Assembly (NCBI RefSeq): GCF_009914755.1
Contig: NC_060932.1
Origin: the human T2T-CHM13v2.0 reference genome, Homo sapiens
Direction: 5' to 3' (one strand)
Length of the DNA stretch: 64,000 bases
The notes under the pieces are model-generated. The model had not been told where the DNA came from. It worked only from the letters and a program-made list of their open reading frames with translations, and did no database searches. Both the position numbers and the translations under genes were made by a program. Positions 15,121-29,849 of this stretch are shown here, piece after piece. Numbering within the stretch: position 1 is the first letter of the stretch; every line of letters begins with the position of its first letter.

Positions 15121-15979
15121 TGAAAAAAAAAAACTAACTAAACTAAAAATCCATGTAGTTGGCCTGTAAGCAATGAGAATAAATGAAATTTGAACTTGCA
15201 TTTTTCTCTTACTGCTTTGAAGCCTCCAACTTTATAATGTGCATGACCTACACTAGAGTTGATGCACTTTACCATGGAACTTCAAAAGCACTTGGCCAAG
15301 TACTTGAAGATGCTGAAGACAGAGACCTAGTGGGAGCGCCAGGTGCTGCAGATCCAACTACTTCCTCATGCCAACAAGATAATCTGGCAGACTTGTACAA
15401 TATGAGCCATCTGAAACCATACCTAACTTTACATCAAATTTCTGAGTTTAAACATGGGCTGCTGCTGCTTCACTTCCACCTTCTAAATCTTGCACAAATT
15501 TATTTTGTAGCCAACACTACACTAGAACCTTAAAGGAAAGGCAATTTGAAATTGCATAATTCCAGTTTAGCTAAATTTATACAAGACAACATCACAGTAA
15601 TTATTGCCATCTTAATTTCCTCTTTCTTTAACAGCCAGAATCTAGGTAATTATTTTGAAGTCATACTCATGTTTCAAAATTTAACAAGATGTGCTATGTC
15701 TTTTGCAACTGTAACTCAATTATTGACACCAAACCCTTCTTTCAAGGTAGTTAAGTGATAGCTCATCTAGACTTGTAAGTGCACCCAAGGTAACTTAAAG
15801 AATAATTCATACATATAAAAATCAGATCAAATTATTAAATATTTAAAAATTCTGACAAAATATTCATGAAGTATTTTATAATTTATCAAAATACATCGCT
15901 TTACACATTTCTTGGTGCATGAACCTCTTAAAAATGAATTTATAGTCTATGTCATTTTATCAGTTTATGGAATGTATTT

Positions 15980-17640
15980 CTACATTCTTTCAACACATCT
16001 ATGAATTGACTACCAGATGCCTGGAACATGGTGCAGAGTTTATAATAGTAATCAAGGTAGGCAAGCCCCAATTGTAAAACAATTAGTATTCTGGAAGATA
16101 AAGGGGAGGGAGGATAGGAAAAACCAAGTAATAAAAAGTAAAAGTACTATACTATACCTCAAGTGAAGTTTTATGAGGTAAAGAAAACAGAGTACTGTGG
16201 GAGAGAAATATAAGTCTATCTAAAGGAAGTTACTTTTGTTAGATAAAATTTGAATTGGAAAAGCAATAACAAGAAGGTGATCACTGTAGGAAAATCTAAG
16301 GTAAGAGATCTAAGATAAGAGTTCTCCAGCAAGATACTAAGGAAGGGGAGCAAGCTTGGCATGTTGCAGGAGAATAATATAAACAAAAAACAATGGAGTG
16401 TCTGGAACATAATGAGAAAGGGAAGAGTGTTGCTGGATGAAGTCAGAAAAATAGCTGGACTCAGAATATGTAGCATTTTATAGGCTATTGTAAATAATCA
16501 ATATTTATTATCTTTCACAGCCTTGAATTTTTGAAGTGTAAAGACCAGATGTTTTGCAGAATGCCCCTCTCATTGGGCTTATTTGATGTATCCTCATGAT
16601 TAGATTTAGGTTATGCATAGGGATGCCAAGGTGGTAATATTGTGTCCTTCTTAGTGAATTATATCAAGAGTCATGATGTCTCCAACTTGCCGTCAGATGT
16701 CTCCAAAAACAATCAGTGTAGTGGGGGAGGGAGAGGAGAAAGAAGGTTGGGAGGAGGAGAGAACAGAGAGGAGTGATAAAACAAATGGGTAGAAACATTA
16801 AAAAAATTACCATTCATATATCCTTTGCTTAGGTATGAATGTTCTTTGTTCTATTCTTCTAAATTTTATGTAATTTTGAAATTATATCAAAATAAAAATG
16901 ACCCAAAATAATAAATAAATAAATAAATAATATTGATTATCTAAATGTGATATGGAGACAATTATTTTTAGTATAGGAATGGTATGATATAAATTACATC
17001 TTAAAAATACCTTCTCTTTTATGAACAGAATAGACCCTTTAAAAGTGGTCATATGTAGAGACAGGGAAATTAATCAGGAGACCATAATGCTAGCCAATAT
17101 AAGAAGTAATGGTGACTTCAACTGGATTTTATTCCTAAAGATAGAAAGAAGTGGCTCTCAGATATGTTGGAAATAGAAAAATAGGGCTTATTAATGTACT
17201 GAATTTAAAGTTATTTGAGGTAATAACCAATCAAGAACCTTCTTGGTTTCAATCATGAGCAAATGTGTAAAATGTGTTGCCATTTGCTGAGATTGAAAGC
17301 ATGGATTAGGAAAAGTTTTAACAAGGAGTTTAAGGGGATGGAAATTATGAGCTATGTTTCGAAAATGTAAAATATGATATTACTATATAATACCCAAGTA
17401 AAGATATGGATAATTTGAACAATATAAATATTTTGTGAGCCCAAAAAAGTCAAATGTCATCAATTTCATATGGTTTCATCACCTAATATTATGTGGTTGT
17501 GTATATGAATCTGCAGTTCAGAGAAAAGCTCAGATTTAGAGAGAGATTTGGGAAGCATTGGAATATTGATGTTATTTAAAGCTATAAAACTGGATGTGAT
17601 CACATAGAAAAAAATGTAAATAAAAAATGACTTTATAGGT
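15980..17640 (-). mobile_element. L2 remnant interrupted by old L1M 3' fragments (~16520-16930)
   Basis: Degenerate L2-like purine-rich sequence; L1MC/ME-type ttttgcagaatgccc...tcctcatgattagatt. Confidence 0.5.
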
Positions 17641-17675
17641 GAGCTAACAATATGATATGTATAAATAAAAATTGA

Positions 17676-17960
17676 GGCTGAACACAGTGGCTCCTACCTG
17701 TGCCTTCCCCAAATTTTGGGAAGCCAGGGTGGGAGGATTACTTGAAGTCAGGAGTTCAAGACAAGCTTGGGTGACATAGGGAGATCCTGTCTCTACAAAA
17801 AAGAAGAACAAACAAAAAAATTAGTCAGGTAGTCCTAGCTTGTAGGGAGGCTGATGTGGGAAGATTGCTAGAGTCCAGGAGTTGAAGGCTGCAATGAGCT
17901 ATAATTGTTCCACTGCACTTCAGACTGGGTGATAGAGTGAGACACTATCTCAAGAAGAAA
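17676..17960 (+). mobile_element. AluJ (Jo-like)
   Basis: Diverged Alu dimer with J-type ggaggattacttga and ggctgcaatgagctat. Confidence 0.88.
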
Positions 17961-20189
17961 AGAATAGATTGAGAAAACAAGTATAACAGGAAAATTCAGA
18001 AAAAGCAGATGAAGTGATTAAAATTATTTGTACTTTCTTAAACAAAATATTAAAACTATTTTTCAGTTTGATCTTTTGGCATTGCTGTGTTTCATTCCCT
18101 GTCACATAAATAAGTAAATACAATTTTCTGAGTCACTGTGAGTCTGTAAAGTTGGCTCTTGATTTAATAAAGAATCTTAGCAAACCTTTTCAAATTTCAC
18201 AACCCTAGGACTTACCTAACTGCAATATTCAATATTTTATATGCTGCTCCAACTTCTACCAACTGTCCTATAAACTACTAACAGTTTAAGATAGACTCAA
18301 AAAGAAATACACAACCATAATACTTTCTTATGTTTTATTGTGCAATAAATTTGACATAGATGTTCCAAACCCATATTTACTTGATAAATGGTGCAGTGTA
18401 AACTGATAATTTCCACCTTCTCTTCTCTTTTCATCAACAGATTGTTGACTTTTTTATCTTATATTCAGGAGCTCCATCAAGGACAAGTATATACTTGCTA
18501 TATACATCAAAGCAGCATTTTTCAAATTCCTACTACTCAGTAGCAAAAACAGAAATGTAACAGGAAAATGAAAATAGCTTACTAGATGATATAAAATTGC
18601 TCCTAGGATAAATCTGGAGGACCAGGCTGAAAAAAAAAAAATAAGCAAGAACAAGGTAACTAACCAGTAGACAACAGACTACTGAAACAGACTGGCTAGA
18701 TGGTACTCTGAATATTAATGTTTCTGGAAACAGCCCTGTCACCACTCAGGAATGCCACTCTTGGAAATGTGACTCTTTTGATTTGAATAACCTGAAATTT
18801 TCTTGAATAGCTTTCACTGTCCCTTAACATTCAATGCCTAAGAAAGAAACATGTGAATTCAAGCTCAACCCAAGTTTATATGTCTATGAGCTATTAGGGT
18901 GTGAATGTAGGATTGGGCCCTGCCTGCCCCAAGTTCCACCATCACACTAGGGATTCCTTCACAGTTTAAAGGATATTTACATGATGGATAATTAACAAGT
19001 AGCAAATATCTACTGTAACCAAAATTATACATGCAATCTTCTTTTATTTAGAAAAAAAGATCCTATATGACATAATACAATTATTTATTGTACAACTGAA
19101 ACAAATTTCATTTCCAAGGGAAAATTGCCTAAAATTTCAGTAATTTTTGCATCCAATTCTGTGTTTGAATTCTCTAGAAAATACTTACTGCTTTTTACAG
19201 GAGGAAATTTGTTACAATATAAATATAAGTGCAAACACTAGCCAAGATTTAAAAATGGATAAAGGCTCTAGTTTTTGTGTTTATGACACATAATTTACAA
19301 ATTACCTCCTCTATCACCCATTTCAAATTCTTCTGGCTTTGAGACAGCAATCTCAACCTGACAGGGTTATCTACCTAATTGTTTGATCCAAACTTACGTT
19401 AATGAAATATCTGTGACTTTGGTGTTCCTGCCTGTACAGATTACAATAACATTTAGGCCTCCGTCTGTTGTGCTAGTGGGTGCAGTAGGGGCTCATCTGA
19501 ATTCTACCCGTATTCTTCCCTCCATTATGTAATATTTACCTATTTGGATGGTGAGGATTGATCATCCCAGTCAATATAAATATCCCGTTTTGACTTTTGA
19601 CTTAATCATATGAAAAGCTACATTGGCCAGAGGCAATCTCATCTAAATCAAAGTGGCTCATCTTGGAAGCATTCTTCAGAGCCCAGACTTTCAAATGAGC
19701 AAGGCTACAAATCATGGGGGATAAGAATACATTTTTTTCCCAAGTATGTATTTAGGTGTAATTCAACTTCTGTCCTTTGTCTCCTACTGCATTCTGCTTA
19801 TGGGAGGACATTTTTCAAAGATTGGTTGTTAGTTCAAAACACATTTTATAGTCTTCAGGACAATATTATAACTATTCAAGTTTCAGGCTTATGTGTTGGG
19901 GAATGGAGGGAGATACATTAAATATTTAGAGCTCATCAAGTTGACTAGTGTTATGTAGTCCCTCTGGTTGCTTTGGACAGCAGGTGGAACAGAGGCCCTA
20001 TAAATAACCAAGCAGTGACCAAAAGGAAATGTCATAGAATAATATAAGCTATGCTTATTTATAAAATGGCTTTAGGTGGATTTTTTCACCTAGAGCCCTG
20101 ATGGGCTTATTAAAGGACACTTTTAAGAAATTTATTCTAGTTCTCAAATACTAAGTAATGTGGGCTTATCTTGATCATGTATATGGCTG

Positions 20190-21645
20190 CCTGCCTCTGA
20201 GATAACCTCCATTGGTCTCCACCTCCTAGTATTGATACCATTGTACCGTCCATTCCCACCTTCTACTAGGGTTGATCTATGTGGCCAGTAGAATATGACA
20301 GATTGATGGTATGTTGCTTCTGTGATTGAGTTATAAAATATATTGTGACCTCCATCTGGGTCCCTCTTTTTGTTTTTGTAATTTCAATAGCTATAGGAGT
20401 ACAAGTGGTTTTGGGTGACATGGATGAATTGTATAGTGATGAGGCCTGGGCTTTTAGAGTATCCATTACCGGAATAGAGTACATTGTACCTTACAGGTGA
20501 TTTTTCATCCTTCATCCACCTCACACCTTCCCTCATTCTGAGTCTCCAATTTCCGTTATACCTCTCTGCATGCCTTTGTGTATCCATAGCTTAGCTCTGA
20601 CTTCTAAGTAAGAACATGTAGTATTGCATATTCCATTTCTGAGTTACTTCGCTTAGGATAATGGCATCCAGTTCCATACAAGTTGCTGAAAAAAACTCTT
20701 TATTTTATTCTTGTTTATGACTGAGTATTTTTCCATGTTGTATATATACCACATTTTCTTTATCCACTCATCGGCTGATGACCATTTAGGTTGATTACAC
20801 ATCTTTGCAATTGTGAAATCTGCTGCAAGAAACATATGCATGCAGGTGTCTTTTTAAAATTGTGACTGCTTTTCTTTTGGGTACAAAACCAAAACTAATA
20901 AATGGGACCTAATTAAACTGAAAAGATTCTGCACAGCAAAGAAATATTGAATAAACAGTCTACAGAATTGGAAAAAAAATTTGCAAACTTTACATCCAAC
21001 AAAGAACTAATATCCACTATCTACAAGGAAGTCAAACAAATCAACCAGAAAAAAAATCAAATAATCCCATTAAAAAGTGGGTAAATGATAACAACAGACA
21101 TTTCTCAAAAGAAGATATACAAATGGCCAACAAATATGAAAAAAATGCTCAATATCACTAATCATAAGGGAAATAAAAATTAAAACCTCAATGAGTTACC
21201 ACCTTACTCCATTATGGGTACTGGGCATTATTAAAAAATCAAAAACAATAGATGTTGGTGTAGCTGTAGTGACAAGGGAATGTTTATACACTGTTGTGGG
21301 TATGTGGATTAGTATCTCACTTTTTTAAGTGACTTATCAGGGAGAAGTCAGCTGCAAGGGAGCATAGCTTTATGTTGAGACTCATGTGATAATCAACTGG
21401 GACTTTCTGCCAGTGACCATACAAGTGAGCTACGTTGGAAGCAGATGCGTCACTCTCTGTCAACTTTCAGGTGACAGCACTTTGACTGACAGCTTTACTA
21501 AAATGTTGTAAAAGATCCTGAATCAGGATCAGCTATATAAACCACTACTGAATTTCTGATCTCAAAAACTATGTGAGATAATAAATGCTTGTTGTTTTAA
21601 GCTGCTATTAATAATTCTTAGAGCAATTTACACAGGAATAGAAAA
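20190..21645 (+). mobile_element. MLT1 (MaLR) LTR split by an L1 insertion (pieces ~20190-20362 and ~21316-21645)
   Basis: 5' piece cctcctagtatt...gattgagttataaaa; 3' piece ggagaagtcagctg...tgtgagataataaatgcttgttgttttaagctgc. Confidence 0.75.
20363..21315 (-). mobile_element. L1PB-like element with 5' inversion (twin priming)
   Basis: 20363-20883 is the L1 3' end on the minus strand (ORF: DEWIKKMWYIY); ~20884-21315 is upstream ORF2 on the plus strand (aaatgggacctaattaaact...). Confidence 0.85.
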
Positions 21646-22908
21646 TTTAGTCTGTTTAGAAGGTTGTCTTAAAAACATTAAAGAGCTATATTAATAACTG
21701 TTACTAGAAGCCCATAGTCCTTCTTATGATTTTGGACTATTGTCATAGAATCCTTGGGATGTCAGTTTAACATAAGATATAATTTTAGTACTACTCAACG
21801 GACATAATTAAATATCAAACCCATTAACCAAAGAAAGTGGGATACATTTTTTTCCAACAGAAATTTTGGTATGCCACAGCAAGAAAAACTTTAAAGCATA
21901 ATTAAGATATCTTGGTGTAAACAGATGTTTTAGAAAACACACAGTAGGAAAATGAAAACACAGTGAAACAATTTTTGAAATTAAGATAATTAGTTAAAAA
22001 TCGAGCTTCTTAGACAAATAAACAAGGAGTCCATCTTTCACGACAAACAAGAAGGCTCGCTTTGTGCTCAGCATTGCCGGCATGATTTATTATAAGGAGA
22101 ATATTTTAGCCCTGTGGAATTATCTTCAATTGTACATCAGCTAGTTGAAGAACAGAGGATGAGAACGGCAGAAGGAGGGGTTTTAGAGAAGAAACTAAAA
22201 ACACGTTTTTACAGCAGGCTTCTGGAAATATAAGTGACAGTTTTTTTGCTTTTGTTTTTGTTTTTTCTCTATTCAAGTTATAAGCAATGCCTTGAAAATT
22301 TGGGGTTTAGACCTAATCTTGTTCAATAGTCCAGAGTATCAAAGGCTCAGGATCGATCCTATAAATGTAAGATAATTTATATGCAATTATAAATAATACT
22401 TGTTTACAGTCAGAAAGTTAGGAAAACAAAGTTTAATTCAAAAACCTTCTTGACGGTTTCAGACTTAACATCAGATAAATACCTTGCACTTTTCTCAGCT
22501 CAATTACAACAGGAATGTTATTCTATATTTCTTGTTAAGGATGATCTGCCAGATTGTGAGGCCAACCAACTCCTGCAGATGATTAGGGTCCAATAAACGC
22601 ATGGACCAAAACTTATTGCAGAAGACTTAGATAAATTAACAGCAAAGGTTCCATAAAACAGACCTGGAATGAGTCTTAGAGGCAAATGATGGGTCAGAAA
22701 TGTTAGATGATAAGGAGCATTTGCAGAGGGCTCTGGGACTAAGTCGCCAAGTAATTGACCTGGAAGATGAAGAAGCAGATCTCTGCAGAGCTATTCAGCT
22801 AAGTATGCAAGGCAGTTCCAGAAATTTATCTCGAGATATTCTATAGACCTCAGGGACAAATCTCACTTCAAAAGAGCTTTGGAAGGGAAGAGAAACCTAT
22901 TTGAAAAG

Positions 22909-22965
22909 CAGCAGCAGCGGCAGCGGCAGCGGCAGCGGCAGCGGCAGCGGCAGCGGCAGCGGCAG
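22909..22965 (+). repeat. (CAG)3(CGGCAG)8 repeat at the position of the ATXN3 polyQ tract
   Basis: Counted directly in the sequence. Confidence 0.97.
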
Positions 22966-23149
22966 GTAGATTCACCAGGACAAATTTCATATCCATGTGA
23001 AAGGCTGACCACAAGTTCAGGAGCATTTGAGAGTGATCTAGGTGATATGAGTGAATAAGCCATGTTTCAGGCAGCTGTGACCATGTCTTTAGAAACTGTT
23101 GGAAATAATTTGAAAACAGAAGGAAAAAATATCATTCAAAAATAATTTA

Positions 23150-23464
<315 letters not shown>

Positions 23465-26139
23465 TTAAATACTCCTATTTTTCCAATATTATCCTGTGTG
23501 ATTACAGCATAGGATTCCAACATTATACTGTAGGATAACACCACAGGTCCATTTTGGTAATGTGTCAAATATATGAGGAAATAAGACTTTTAGGTGGCTT
23601 GCAAACAAAATAATGAGAAAGTGGGAAAATGCATCAGTTGTAGGACTAAATAACGATCTTTCAAATATTAGCCAAAGAGGCATTCAGCAATTAAAGAAAT
23701 TTAAAATATTTTTTTAAAAATTGAGCTTCTTTTCCTCACCATGATTAACTTAGGCACTTAACCAGGCCTTTCATATTCCTACCTAAGTACTGAATTATAA
23801 CAAGAAGATGGTATAATCCATGGATTACTTAATTCCAATATAATTTTTAAAAATTTTCTATGAGTTGTGTTTTCTTCCAAAGTTAACAGTTGTATTCATT
23901 GCATCATAGAGAAGAAGTATGATTTTCTGTATTTTTTTATTTTAACAATGAACACATAGATAGGTACCTCTATTGACACATACACTTGTGAGTATGGCTC
24001 TATTTATCTATGGGATTTACCACCTGATGAAGTTTTGTAATTATGGCAATTTAATTCGATGCTTTTCTCTAATTAGGCCCACTGTAAAAACATTTTAAAT
24101 TGAATTTAATTGTATTAATAACCTATGATTGACACTGGACTACTATTATTTTAATAGTTGTCATCAACTCTCTTAAATACTTTTGGCAGAAATATATTTT
24201 TCCCAACACTGTGTGAAAGAAAAATCACCTGAAAAGCAGGATAAATTATAAAATGCCAACTCTTACAGTTTCTATTTTAAAGACATCTGAATAGTTATAA
24301 AGGACCACTTAGGAAAGATATAAATACATCGGTCTCTTTTTCTCCACTTATACTATGCAAATTAGCCCTGAATACCTGAAGACCCCTGGTTGAATTATGA
24401 AAAGTAGCTAAATCATTTACAGGCATGTATGCGTGTGTGCATGTGAATGCATGTGTGTGAGTGGTGATAATGACATAGAGCTGAGACACTGGAAAGTCTT
24501 TTGGAGGGGAATTTGTTGCACATTTTAGTGTGTATTTTAAAAATAAGGCAATAGATAAGAGAAAATATTTGTAAGTAGCAGAGCCTCAGAATCCTTGACA
24601 AATCAAAAATATATAATAAGAAAAATGCATCAACAATGGCATACATATCTTGTCATTGATTGAGAGATCATATCAGTTGGTTGGACATTGGAAATAATGG
24701 AGAGAAATAAAATACTCTCAAGAATTTACAATGAACAGTAGAAGAGAGCACAATAGAATCCAGGTGCTTCCTCTTCCAAACTAGTCTTTGGCTATATACA
24801 GAGATGTGACAGTGGTTGGTAATTAGGTTAGATTGTATGCCTGGAAATGAGGACAATGCCAGTAAAACAAATACCTACTGTATTGTCATCATTCTACTTT
24901 CTGTGAAGGATAATATGGAGAAAACTAGAGACAAAATGGTTCCTATAACAGTATAATCATAGCAGTGGCTACCACCTGGCATTCAGAAATAATGGCTTCC
25001 TGCACCTAACTGCACCTACCATTTGCAAAGCTAATTCTGCGTTCTTGTTAATGGAAATCCATACCTTGAGAGAAAATGCTAGGTATTGTAATTCATAATA
25101 TTCTGCTATACTCCAACAGCACAAGATCATTTCAATTTCTGTTTACTCATCTGTCAAGGTTTTATAGGAACACATTTTTTAGCCATAACACCTGCATCTA
25201 GAATCTCACATGTGTTATGCAAAATATACTTAAGATTTTCGGTTTGTTGCACATGCACTCAAGATATGTGTCTTATGCTAAATAGTGATGACAACAGGTG
25301 TACCAAATCAGCCTGTTATGTTTGTGGAGCTCAAAACAAAATACTGCTGCATGTCTTTTGCATTTTAAAAACCTAACAAACACCATACTTCAAGATGATT
25401 AAATCTGGAAATCTATTTTTAAGTGTTCCTCTTCTCTCCTTTGCTTTCAACTCTGATGGAAGTCCTTCCTGCTCCCATTTCCATCTGTACTATCCCCTGC
25501 AGGTTCATGAATGAGAATAATTTCTACCTAAAAACACAATTAAAAATGAAAGAAAAAGCCTTATTTTGAGTTTTTCATAACTCTTGTTTGAATGACTAAT
25601 AGTGGTTAGAATGCTGGAGTTATGTTAGGAGATTTAATGGTGTATTCAGTCACATTTAAATTATTTCTTTTTTTTAACATTTTATGTGAGCATTTAAATG
25701 TTGGATCTTTCAGGTAGGGAAGCTATACAAACAGCTACACAAGGAGATCTCCAACACAGAATTTTCTACTTACCTGGTCTCTGTGTCTTGTGTTCCTGAC
25801 AAATCTGAATAATGTGTCTTTGGGGCAATAACTGAATCTAATTTTCTATATTTCTCTGTTCCAGCACCATGTTTATGTGCAGATGAGGCATATAGATTTT
25901 TCTCTCTGTATCTCTTTCTCTCTGCCTCTCTCTCTTTGATTTGTTTATAGTATATAGATATTATATAGCTATAAAGACTATATATAGAGATAATATATGT
26001 ACACACATAAATATTTAACAAAATTATAATAAAACTTTTAAATTTCACCTTGTTAGTTTTCCTTCACTCTTTTCCTTCATTATTTTTTGAGGGTTTTCTA
26101 TATATTTCATTTCAAATGAATTTTAAGTATTACATATAC

Positions 26140-26211
26140 TACATGGTACGTGTGTGTGTGTATATATATATCTCATATATATGTGTGTGTATATATATGT
26201 GTGTGTGTGTG

Positions 26212-26245
<34 letters not shown>

Positions 26246-26250
26246 TATAC
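26140..26250. repeat. Mixed (TG)n/(TA)n/(CA)n microsatellite
   Basis: Seen directly. Confidence 0.9.
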
Positions 26251-26273
26251 ATAATGCACATTTTACTTATGAT

Positions 26274-27140
26274 TGAAACAGGAGAGTTCCCTTATTTCCT
26301 TTGCAGGACGTGTGACGGGGGATTGGCTTGCCTCTTTGGTTGCACTGCAGCTCAAACCTCTAGGGGGAGCATGCAGACAGACAGGTGCAGAGGCCCAGGT
26401 GAGTGCTTTGGTCTCTCAGCCCCATGGTAGTGTCTAGGGGTGACTGCCTGCAGCCCCAGTGTTACAAAGCTCTTTCAGCTCTGCCGTCTGCAGACAGATT
26501 GAATGTTAATCAGCTCAATGGGCCATCTGCCTTATCACAAGGGCAGAGGGCCAGTGTGACAGCCTTCTGTATCCTGAGTTCTTGCCCAGTGTCCCAGAAG
26601 AATCGGATCACATGTGGCCTGAAGGATGAGTGTAAGGTTTTATTGAGTGGTGGAGGTAGCTCTCAGTGAGATGGATGGGGAGCCAGAAGGTGGAGGGGTA
26701 GGGGAGATAATTTTCTCCTGAAGATTATCCAAGGGGAGATTAACCAAGAATGACCGAACTCCTCTTGACATTCAGCTGCCTCTTTTCTCCTTCTCTGCCA
26801 TGCCATCCTGTTGCTCTCTGCCACACCATCCTGCTGCTCTCTGTCACACCATCCTGCTGCTCTCTGCCACTCCCTGCCACTCTCTTCCGCTCTCTGCTGC
26901 TCTCCACAGCTCCTCTTGATGTACAGCCATGTGGGTGTGTGTCCACTAAGGTCTCAGGTTTACATGGGTACAGGATGGGAGGCATAGTGTGCCAGAGTGG
27001 TCTTGGAAAATGCAACATTTTGGCACAAAAACAGGAGTGCCCATTCTCACTTAGGTCTGCAGGCAGAAGCCTGAGGATGGAACCCTCACCGGGGATCCTG
27101 CCCTTCTCTACCCAGCACTTCTCTGCTGCCTCCCATATCA
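26274..27140 (-). mobile_element. ERV1 solo LTR of the LTR1/LTR27/LTR28/MER52 group
   Basis: GC-rich TG...CA block; minus-strand start tgatatgggaggcagcagagaagtgctggg; internal 23-bp tandem units at ~26793-26865. Confidence 0.75.
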
Positions 27141-27144
27141 CCAT

Positions 27145-27223
27145 CATATATATTTATAGAATATATGATATACACTAATATATACTTATTATATTATATA
27201 CATTTAATATTATATATATATAT

Positions 27224-27260
<37 letters not shown>
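27145..27260. repeat. (TA)n/(CA)n microsatellite
   Basis: Seen directly. Confidence 0.9.
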
Positions 27261-27263
<3 letters not shown>

Positions 27264-27472
27264 ATCTGGACATTTCTAAAACCAGTTTTAGATTCTGACT
27301 ATATTTAAACTTGATATTTTCTACAAGAGCCAAAAATTGAACAAGACTTTTTCATTCTCAGGAATATTTTAAAATAACAACAAAATGTTTTAATTAGAAT
27401 TTGGTTTTTTTTTTTTTCAATTTGCCTTTGTCTTTTTAAGTGAGGGGAGTTGATTCATAATTTTTAAAATAT

Positions 27473-28949
<1,477 letters not shown>

Positions 28950-29849
28950 AACAGTTTTTATAAGGTTAAACATATACAAATCAGATGGACAGTCAATCCA
29001 TTCCTAGGAATTTACACACTATGTCTGCACAGTGATCTGTATGTGTGTATGCTCATGATACTTTATTCATAATAGCCCAAACCTGGAATGATAGAAATGT
29101 CCAATAACAAGTGAATGTATAAACAAACATGGTAGAGTCACACAAAGAAAAAAATATATGAGTTTCAAGAAGTCTCTTCTCCAATGGAATGGCAGTAGAG
29201 ACAATAAGAAAGGAAGAAAGAAAGCTGAGAGGTTGAAAGTGAAATGTTCTGTGTTTCTGTTTCCTTTCAGTAGATGTAACTATGCAGTATAAATATTTCC
29301 AATAATATTTCTTTTTAATTATTTCTAAAATAAAAAAATATTAATTCAGTTAGGTATAGTTAGAGCCAAAACAGTTTTCTTTTGAATTTTTAAGCACTTG
29401 TAGAATTAACAAAACAAAACAAAACCAAGAAAAGGGTATGAGAAGATACATTGAATAGCAAACAAATTAGAATATTAAGAAAAACAGGATTAAAAATGAT
29501 CTTCACAGTTTAGAATATAAATGAGCCTTTATACTTTGTGTTTCAGTATCTGGATAACTGGAAAAAATAACATTAAGAAAGCAGGTATTGTATTAAAAAA
29601 AAAAGTGAGGAAAAAATCTAGAAGCATGAGATTTTCACTGATTTCAAGCATACATGAATGCCTGAATCAATTGGGATTCCAGCCAAATGAAACAGAACAA
29701 GGCAGCAGAAACAAATCATGCTGTGCTTCATGAAGGATATTAGCAGCTTCATAATTGTGCCTTGAAATGCTTTTCTTTATTTCTGTCTAATTGCCATTAA
29801 ATTCATCATTTCACAGAGAAGTTAAGGCCAAAACTAAAGGAACATTTCA

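Noticed and set aside
22024-23130. Functional ATXN3 or ATXN3L coding gene
   Set aside because: Start codon lost, several in-frame stops and frameshifts, catalytic His and Asn substituted
23740-25900. Repeat-poor stretch as possible lncRNA exons
   Set aside because: No splice pattern or homology can be supported from sequence alone
26740-27178. 135-142 aa ORFs and 23-bp tandem units resembling an array
   Set aside because: Internal tandem repeats of a GC-rich ERV1 LTR; no unique spacers, so not CRISPR-like
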